From assembly GCA_018304175.1 (NCBI GenBank), contig JAGVWT010000017.1:1-30092 (forward strand): a stretch of DNA of 30,092 nucleotides, in the 5' to 3' direction. Numbering within the stretch: the stretch's first letter is position 1; each line of letters starts with the position of its first letter. The notes under the pieces are model-generated. The model searched no databases. It was given only the letters and a program-made list of their open reading frames with translations, and was not told the origin of the DNA. Positions 24,089 through 30,092 of the stretch are shown in pieces. The DNA comes from Candidatus Pacearchaeota archaeon. GTDB taxonomy: Archaea; Nanobdellota; Nanobdellia; Pacearchaeales; GW2011-AR1. A program made the translations under genes and the position numbers.

Positions 24089-24940
24089 ATCAATTTTAAC
24101 ATTTCCATTTCCCTTAGTAACATTTCCAATAACGCTTGCTATCAATCCTTTGTTTTCTAAATCATAAATAATATCTTTTTCATCAGCCGGCGATACAGAA
24201 AGGGTAAAACCAATTCCACAATTAAATGTTTTATACATTTCTTCATCGGAAATTACTTTTGAGATATCTCTAAAAATTTGTTGAGGAAGTAAAATATGTT
24301 TGTCTGAGATTGTTGCATCATTACTGTTGAGGTATTGCTTTATCTTTGTAAATGCTCCCCCAGTTATATGGCATAATCCTGGTATGTCATATCTTCTAAT
24401 TAAATCCAAAACAGCGTCGTAATATACCTTTGTTGGCTCAATAAATTCATTTCTAAATGTTTCTCCAAAAATCTCCCTAACTTTAGTAAATCCATTTGAA
24501 TGTAAACCACTACTAGTAATTCCAACTAAAGAGTTTCCTCTTTCAAATTTATTCTCTCTTTTCTGTACATATTCTCCAATAACACTTACACTTATTTCAA
24601 GTTCACTTAATGTGTTGTGAATTGCTGTCTCGCCGCTAAGAATTTTTATATCTCTTCTCTTACATTCCCTCGCAATGTTTCCAACAATTTCCAATATTGC
24701 CTCTTCATCTTCTTCTGGTAAAATTATATGATTATGTAACCCAGTAACTTTCGCTCTAAGGACAGCCATATCATTCAAATTCATCGCCATTGCATCTAAA
24801 ACAGCATTTCTGAAGGTTCTGTATTTCCAATGATAAATTCCTTTTGTCCCAATTCCGTCTGTAGAAGCAGGAATATCTGCTTTGCAATCCTTAATTAACT
24901 CAAGAATTTTTTTCGTGTATGGTTTTGTAGTATTGTACAT
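24056..24940 (-). CDS. purM: AIR synthase (PurM)-like protein, N-terminally shortened and divergent
   Basis: STDGIGTK, AMNLND, SGETA, GLHSNGF, HITGG and TFNCGIG motifs; 294 aa. Confidence 0.82.
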   Translation of the reverse strand: MYNTTKPYTKKILELIKDCKADIPASTDGIGTKGIYHWKYRTFRNAVLDAMAMNLNDMAVLRAKVTGLHNHIILPEEDEEAILEIVGNIARECKRRDIKILSGETAIHNTLSELEISVSVIGEYVQKRENKFERGNSLVGITSSGLHSNGFTKVREIFGETFRNEFIEPTKVYYDAVLDLIRRYDIPGLCHITGGAFTKIKQYLNSNDATISDKHILLPQQIFRDISKVISDEEMYKTFNCGIGFTLSVSPADEKDIIYDLENKGLIASVIGNVTKGNGNVKIDSMFTRNRIVL

Positions 24941-24941
24941 T

Positions 24942-26171
24942 TTAAATCAAAGTTTTTTGTTTTTCAACAAAAATTATTTTTCCGTATTCTCCGTCGAAAC
25001 CTGGCTTCAAAGGTAGCTTTCCGCTTCTGTTCAGCATTATCAAATCAACAAGTCTCGCATCAATTCCCTTGTTTAACAAATCATTCCCATCAACATTTAA
25101 TAAAATATTAAATTCGTTTTCAAATTGGTTAATAAGATTGTTATAAACATCCCAAGATCTTTTTGATTCTAATGGCGTATTGAAAATAAAAGAAATCAAT
25201 TCATGCAGTGGAACAACTGAATGAAATGGTTTTGCATTTTTTGGTTTGAAACCAAGGGGATGTTTCGCGATTTCTTCAACTCTGTAGTCAACGCCAATTG
25301 TCAACGGCTTTCCACATACAGGACAAATTCCATTAAGCTCTTTTGTTTCTCTCGGAGAAGAAGAAAAATTACAATTCCTGTGCCCATCATAATGATATTT
25401 CCCATAACTTGGTGGTGTTTCAATCGTAGAACTTAAACCTTCTCCTGTTCTAATTGATTTTATTACGTTATCATAACTTAATTCAGGAATTTCAAATATA
25501 GTGCATTCTCTGCCTAAACGCCACGGCCAAAAGCTGTGTGCATCGCTGAATGAAACAACATTCACTTTTCCTTCGGCAACTTCATCAAATCTCCATAGCA
25601 TTTCAGGATCAGCACTTATTCCGGATTCAATCGCATAAATTTTTCCAACCTCTGAACCAAAACATTCTTTCAGCGAATCAAAACCTGATTTACTACCAAA
25701 AAGCCCGAACCAAGGTGTCATGCAATGCGCAGGAATTATTTCGATTTTATCGTCGATTTCCTTCAAACCCTTCACAAAATTCCTGCATGAAATTCCAAAT
25801 ATTGGCCTTCCGTCGTAATCCAGTCTTCCTTTGCTTCCGAGATATGCTGTAATTTTATCAGCGACTTTTCCGTTCGGTGCAAAAACAAGCAGATGCACAG
25901 CCCTTCGTTTTTCTTCTTGAGAATACATCAAACTTATTTCTGTCTGCCACAAAAAAGCAACCTCTCCTTTACTAGTTCTCAAAATTCCCTTATCATCTTC
26001 AGTTAATTTTTCATCAATCTCTTTTCTATGAAGCGGATGCTGAAAATCGCCAACACCCATTAAATCCAAGCCTTTCATTTTTCCATATTTCTCAAGATTG
26101 TCAATGCTCAAATTCTTAGAAGTCGCCCTTGAATGACGAGAATGAATCTGCAAATCAGCAATAATTTTCAT
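24942..26171 (-). CDS. endoQ: Endonuclease Q family (PHP domain + zinc finger)
   Basis: ADLQIHSRHSRATS, VHLLV, PAHCMTP, SDAHS, GKYHYDGHRNC...CPVCG and GFDGEYG motifs. Confidence 0.88.
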   Translation of the reverse strand: MKIIADLQIHSRHSRATSKNLSIDNLEKYGKMKGLDLMGVGDFQHPLHRKEIDEKLTEDDKGILRTSKGEVAFLWQTEISLMYSQEEKRRAVHLLVFAPNGKVADKITAYLGSKGRLDYDGRPIFGISCRNFVKGLKEIDDKIEIIPAHCMTPWFGLFGSKSGFDSLKECFGSEVGKIYAIESGISADPEMLWRFDEVAEGKVNVVSFSDAHSFWPWRLGRECTIFEIPELSYDNVIKSIRTGEGLSSTIETPPSYGKYHYDGHRNCNFSSSPRETKELNGICPVCGKPLTIGVDYRVEEIAKHPLGFKPKNAKPFHSVVPLHELISFIFNTPLESKRSWDVYNNLINQFENEFNILLNVDGNDLLNKGIDARLVDLIMLNRSGKLPLKPGFDGEYGKIIFVEKQKTLI

Positions 26172-26680
26172 GAAACCTCCACGACAATATCTCCTCTTTT
26201 AACAAATCCCGTTTTCAATACTCTTGCATACCAACCCCTTCTATTTAACAATAAGCTAACAGGATTCAATTTTTTAAAATAAGATAATTCCTCCTCAAGG
26301 TTTTTACATGGCGTAATTGATTCAGTTAATTCTATGATAACTTCATTAAATTCACAACCTAATCTAAACTTATGACCTGATTTTAACAAATTATATGGTA
26401 TTCCCTTGAAAGTTAAATTCTCACCTAAATCTCCTTCAGAGACAGGGTATCCTTCTTCCCTTAAAATATTAATCATATCATGAGTATAAATGGAAACTGC
26501 CCTGGAAAGAAATTTTTCATAAGAATGCTTTCCTTTTTCATACCTTTGATTTCTAAAATGGTTGAAATCACCTTCAAAACCTTCCAGAGAAAGATATGCT
26601 CGATTTACAGAATCTTTTGGTAATCCAGACCCACATATTTGTCGGTTTTTAATATTTAAAGAGTGTATTTCTCCGTGCAT
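26168..26680 (-). CDS. MOSC domain protein (YiiM-like)
   Basis: GFEGD, RAVSIY, GDLGENLT, TPCKNL (conserved Cys) and GWYARVLKTGFVKRGD motifs. Confidence 0.9.
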   Translation of the reverse strand: MHGEIHSLNIKNRQICGSGLPKDSVNRAYLSLEGFEGDFNHFRNQRYEKGKHSYEKFLSRAVSIYTHDMINILREEGYPVSEGDLGENLTFKGIPYNLLKSGHKFRLGCEFNEVIIELTESITPCKNLEEELSYFKKLNPVSLLLNRRGWYARVLKTGFVKRGDIVVEVS

Positions 26681-26807
26681 AAAATCTAAGAACTAACTTT
26701 GCTTAAATAATTTGTTGTGTTGAAAATAATTTTATCCTTGTATAATATCAAGCGAAGTAATTATTTAATAAGTTATAGTAGTTGTAATTCTTTACGCCAA
26801 GAATAAT

Positions 26808-28463
26808 TTATCTTCTTTTTCTTGCGGTGAAGTAGGCACCAGCAATTATTAGTACTACAATAACCACTATAACCCACATCCATGTTGTTGTATTACTAGT
26901 TGTTTCTTCGCCGCCACTAATTAAATCGTTTATAATTCCTCCAGAATCTTCTTCCTCTTCAACAACATTTCCACTAATAGCAAAGAAGCTGAACGAATTC
27001 ACTTCTGTTTCAAAGTAAGCGTAAGTCTCATCTTCAGAATTAAACATTGTTGTTAGTTCATTCCACTCTCCTGTTGACTTATCAAATTTCGAAACAACAA
27101 CATCTTCATTTGCAATTCCATTGGTTGCAAGCCATGATTTCTCAACCTTCACCGTTATCGTCGCCTTGTTGAGTTTTTCATTCAGGTTAGTTGTATCTAT
27201 TTCGAAATATTGGTATATAGTTCCTGTCTTTTCAACTTCCACTTCTGCTGGTTTTCCTGAATATTTCTTTACAGTTATCTGAACATTCTGTGCTTCGTTA
27301 TTAACTTCAATTTCAATTTCCTTTACCCCAATTTCAGGGTCAGTGTATTGCTTTATTGTAGCTACTCCAGGAGTTATCTTTGTGAAAATGTGTGGTCCTG
27401 TAGATGATGAAACTGTTCCTGTAGTAGTTCCTCCTCCACCTCCGCTAGATGAAGAAGATGATGAACCTGCAGCACTCGTAACAGTATATGTTGCATCTTG
27501 AGATGCAGAATTACTTGCCTGGTCTGTAACAGTACATGAATATGTGAATGTTCCTTTCGTAGAAGTTGTAACCACTAAATCTGCTGTCGTAGTATTTACG
27601 CTTGTTATAGAATCTGTTCCAGAACATGAACATGTAAGTGTTGTTCCAGATGTGACAGATGAAGGATTGCAAGTTGCAGATGCAGTAGGATTTGAAGAAT
27701 CAACCCAAATATAAACAGAACTGTTTTGTCTCATATTTCCCGCAGAGTCATTCATCCATATTCTGCTTATGTTTACTCCATCAACAGTATTTTTAAGTGT
27801 CAAAGCTGTTGAATTACACCAACCGTGAGTTGAGTTAACTTTTGCAATTGTGACGCTTTGGTTTGCTTCGCCTAAAGATTGATTAAGATTAAATTTACAT
27901 TTATACGAATCTGTAAGCCAAATAGTATCAGCAACAAAAACTTTGTAAGTTACTGATTCTGTATTTTTATAAACTGTAGCGTTATCATGCTTAGTGGAAA
28001 CACTTGCCTTGTAAACTTTCACAACAGGCGCTGTTCTATCTATTGTTATATTAGTGATATTGTAATAACTTGAATTTACTACATATCCTGTTTGGTTTAT
28101 CGCCCTGCACCAGAAAGTATATGTGTCTCTATTAGATAATCCAGTAATTGTAGTAAGTATAGTAAAACCATTTGATTGATTTACAGATGTGTTTGTAGTA
28201 TAATTTAACATATCTGTTACAACAGCAGCTCCTCGGTGAGCTGTTGCATTATAATAAAGAGTCACGTTAGTAACATCCCCAAGTGATGCTCTATTACAAG
28301 TGACATTGATAGTAGTAGCTGTTGCTGAAACATTTGACTTATTTGCTAAAGCAGTTTTACTCACAACAATTCTTCCCTGTCCAAGCGCATCAACAGAAGC
28401 AAGACTCATAACTAATACGAGCAGAAAAATTCCAGCAATCAGTAAATTCTCTCTTTTCATCAT
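26808..28463 (-). CDS. Cell-surface glycoprotein with PGF-pre-PGF domain and C-terminal TM anchor
   Basis: Signal peptide, many NxS/T sequons, Ser/Gly/Thr linker, YQYFEI...W..L.T...YFETEVNSFSFFAI pattern, then TM and RKRR tail. Confidence 0.85.
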   Translation of the reverse strand: MMKRENLLIAGIFLLVLVMSLASVDALGQGRIVVSKTALANKSNVSATATTINVTCNRASLGDVTNVTLYYNATAHRGAAVVTDMLNYTTNTSVNQSNGFTILTTITGLSNRDTYTFWCRAINQTGYVVNSSYYNITNITIDRTAPVVKVYKASVSTKHDNATVYKNTESVTYKVFVADTIWLTDSYKCKFNLNQSLGEANQSVTIAKVNSTHGWCNSTALTLKNTVDGVNISRIWMNDSAGNMRQNSSVYIWVDSSNPTASATCNPSSVTSGTTLTCSCSGTDSITSVNTTTADLVVTTSTKGTFTYSCTVTDQASNSASQDATYTVTSAAGSSSSSSSGGGGGTTTGTVSSSTGPHIFTKITPGVATIKQYTDPEIGVKEIEIEVNNEAQNVQITVKKYSGKPAEVEVEKTGTIYQYFEIDTTNLNEKLNKATITVKVEKSWLATNGIANEDVVVSKFDKSTGEWNELTTMFNSEDETYAYFETEVNSFSFFAISGNVVEEEEDSGGIINDLISGGEETTSNTTTWMWVIVVIVVLIIAGAYFTARKRR

Positions 28464-28599
28464 CCCTCTTTTAACACCATACAATAAATTGTATTGTTAT
28501 ATTAAGAAATTTGTGGTTTATAAATGTTTTTCTGAATTGTGCTTGAATCTAGTAATAAATTATACATAAATTTATAAAATAAATTACTCAGGAATTTTA

Positions 28600-29175
28600 A
28601 TGGATGAAAGAACTTTGGTTTTAATAAAACCCGACGGAGTAAGAAAAAGTATTTCTGGAAAAATAGTCTCAAGATTTGAAGATGCCGGGTTGAAAATCAT
28701 TGGAATGAAAATGGTTTATGCAGATAAAGAGCTTGCAGAGAATCATTACTATCTTAACGAGGAATGGGCGAGGAATGTTTATGAAAAAACAAAAAAAGGA
28801 TATGATGAATCAGGGAAAAAATTTCCATACAAGGACCATCTCGAAATCGGAAAAACAATTCAGAAATGGAACATGGAATTCTTGATGGAAGGTCCTGTTA
28901 TCGCGATTGTTTTTCAGGGACCGCATGCAATAGAAATCTCAAGAAAAATCATCGGAAGCACAGAGCCTCGCACATCACCTGCAGGAACTATCCGCGGAGA
29001 TTTCGCATCTGTGGAATCTTACGCAGTTGCCGACGAAGGAAAAAGGGTTTTGAGAAATTTAATTCACGCATCAGATTCAACAGCGTCGGCAAAAAGAGAA
29101 ATCGCACTTTGGTTTTCCGTTGATGAATTGCACTCAAACTACAAGACAGTTCATGAGCTGATTCTTGAAAAGTAA
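28600..29175 (+). CDS. ndk: Nucleoside diphosphate kinase
   Basis: ERTLVLIKPDGV, GTIRGDF and NLIHASDS (catalytic His). Confidence 0.97.
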   Translation: MDERTLVLIKPDGVRKSISGKIVSRFEDAGLKIIGMKMVYADKELAENHYYLNEEWARNVYEKTKKGYDESGKKFPYKDHLEIGKTIQKWNMEFLMEGPVIAIVFQGPHAIEISRKIIGSTEPRTSPAGTIRGDFASVESYAVADEGKRVLRNLIHASDSTASAKREIALWFSVDELHSNYKTVHELILEK

Positions 29176-29478
29176 TCAGGAAACTTTCGATTCCAAATTT
29201 AACATTTTCTTGAAAACATTCAGCAAAATTGCATCTCTTAAGGATTTATTTCCAGTATCATGTGCACATCTAAGAGAATCGTCTTCGGGATTCCACTCTA
29301 TTCTTATTGAATAAATATTCTTTACTTCAGGCTCGCTGTTATCAATTCCTTCATTCATTCGACTTCTCAAGAAATTCTCCAAAATTTCACATTGCCCTTC
29401 TTCATTTAAATTTCCGTCAATTTTATAAGAGCCGTCCCTAACATCATATTCAAGGGCCATATAAAGTGTCTCGCCCAT
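29176..29478 (-). CDS. Hypothetical protein, about 100 aa
   Basis: Non-overlapping ORF; ATG 29478 lies about 20 nt below a TATA palindrome. Confidence 0.6.
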   Translation of the reverse strand: MGETLYMALEYDVRDGSYKIDGNLNEEGQCEILENFLRSRMNEGIDNSEPEVKNIYSIRIEWNPEDDSLRCAHDTGNKSLRDAILLNVFKKMLNLESKVS

Positions 29479-29494
29479 ATTAAAACACAAAGTT

Positions 29495-29510
29495 ATTTAT
29501 TTAAATAAAT
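29495..29510. promoter_or_regulatory. 16-bp perfect palindrome ATTTATTTAAATAAAT, candidate bidirectional TATA box
   Basis: Lies between the divergent ATG at 29478 and tRNA-Arg at 29535. Confidence 0.55.
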
Positions 29511-29534
29511 TTGGCTATTTTGTTATACACAATA

Positions 29535-29621
29535 GCCCTCATAGTTAAGTGGACATAACACAACCTTGCGGCGAGAAATCGTAAAAAGGTTGAATCCGGG
29601 GTTCGACTCCTCGTGGGGGCA
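29535..29621 (+). tRNA. tRNA-Arg (GCG) with 15-nt intron at 37/38 (29572-29586)
   Basis: Acceptor GCCCTCA/TGGGGGC; anticodon stem CAACC/GGTTG; canonical BHB (TTGC/GTAA helix, bulges GG|C and AA|A, GA-GAAA-TC hairpin). Confidence 0.93.
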
Positions 29622-29623
29622 TT

Positions 29624-29995
29624 TTAAAAATTAAACTCTAGCTGTCCCGAATATTTTCTCATGCTTTCTTCAATATACTTCCTTGCATTTACATAAAAAT
29701 TGCCTGAAAGAAAAGTGCAAACATCTTCTACGTGTGAAATCGATTTAAAAAGTTCATTATAAACTCTTTCATAATTATCTGGCCAAGAACCAATATCTTT
29801 GATTATCCCTGCAAATCCTAAGTGTCTGTAGATTCTATCATCAACACTCCTTACAGAAACATCATCAATGCTCTTAGAACCCATAACTTCATCCCAATAA
29901 CCATCAATAGCATTGAATGTTTTTTCAAAATCATCAAAAAGTCTTCTATGAAAATATTCCGTGAAATCTTTTCCTTGCCTATCTAACACCCTCAT
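29624..29995 (-). CDS. Hypothetical protein, about 123 aa
   Basis: ATG 29995 follows the radA stop by 2 nt; no recognisable motif. Confidence 0.62.
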   Translation of the reverse strand: MRVLDRQGKDFTEYFHRRLFDDFEKTFNAIDGYWDEVMGSKSIDDVSVRSVDDRIYRHLGFAGIIKDIGSWPDNYERVYNELFKSISHVEDVCTFLSGNFYVNARKYIEESMRKYSGQLEFNF

Positions 29996-29997
29996 TT

Positions 29998-30092
29998 TCA
30001 ACCCTCGTCTTGAATTCCTTTTTCAGTCAAGAAAAACATAACTTCATTTTCAGGAAGATTTGGAGAGTCAATAAGTTTAGCAACTCTCGAAC
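29998..30092 (-). CDS. radA: DNA repair/recombination protein RadA, 3' end only
   Basis: Translation [30 protein letters not shown] matches the RadA/Rad51 C-terminus. Confidence 0.9.
   Translation of the reverse strand, partial: SRVAKLIDSPNLPENEVMFFLTEKGIQDEG

Noticed and set aside
13221-29123. Remaining nested or antisense track ORFs over rpl44e, GINS, apgM, ftsY, srp54, bud32, ASCH, minD, aIF2-alpha, NUDIX, endoQ, the PGF gene and ndk
   Set aside because: Shadow frames of well-supported genes.
1-30092. CRISPR array, rRNA, SRP RNA or RNase P RNA
   Set aside because: I found no regularly spaced repeat-spacer series and no intergenic stretch of suitable length and GC-rich structure. A covariance-model search would be needed to exclude divergent ncRNAs.

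Overview
AT-rich archaeal chromosomal window, most consistent with a DPANN/Nanoarchaeota lineage such as Pacearchaeota or Woesearchaeota (inferred from gene content and protein style, not from a search). Housekeeping genes: TFB, L44e, S3Ae, GINS, apgM, FtsY, SRP54, Bud32, MinD-like ATPase, S15, aIF2-alpha, Nop10, NDK and the 3' end of RadA. There are five tRNAs: Leu-TAG, Gln-TTG, and intron-containing Val-GAC, Thr-TGT and Arg-GCG. Accessory content: (1) a SWIM-zinc-finger DDE transposase divergent from a small ribbon-helix-helix gene, both absent from the ORF track; (2) a 2087-aa secreted Cys-rich protein ending in an apparently intact lytic transglycosylase domain, coupled to a 631-aa protein with a pilin-like 'RRGQ' N-terminus, a candidate apparatus for attacking bacterial cell walls; (3) a variable patch around tRNA-Val with an orphan PvuII-like protein, a frameshifted wHTH gene and a two-TM protein with a HicA-like domain; (4) a tightly coupled MOSC-EndoQ-PurM-like operon; (5) small palindromic or duplicated elements in a coding gene (in-frame in Bud32), in tRNA introns, upstream of tRNA-Thr and in intergenic DNA. 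No CRISPR array or rRNA was seen. All family assignments are by eye from motifs.
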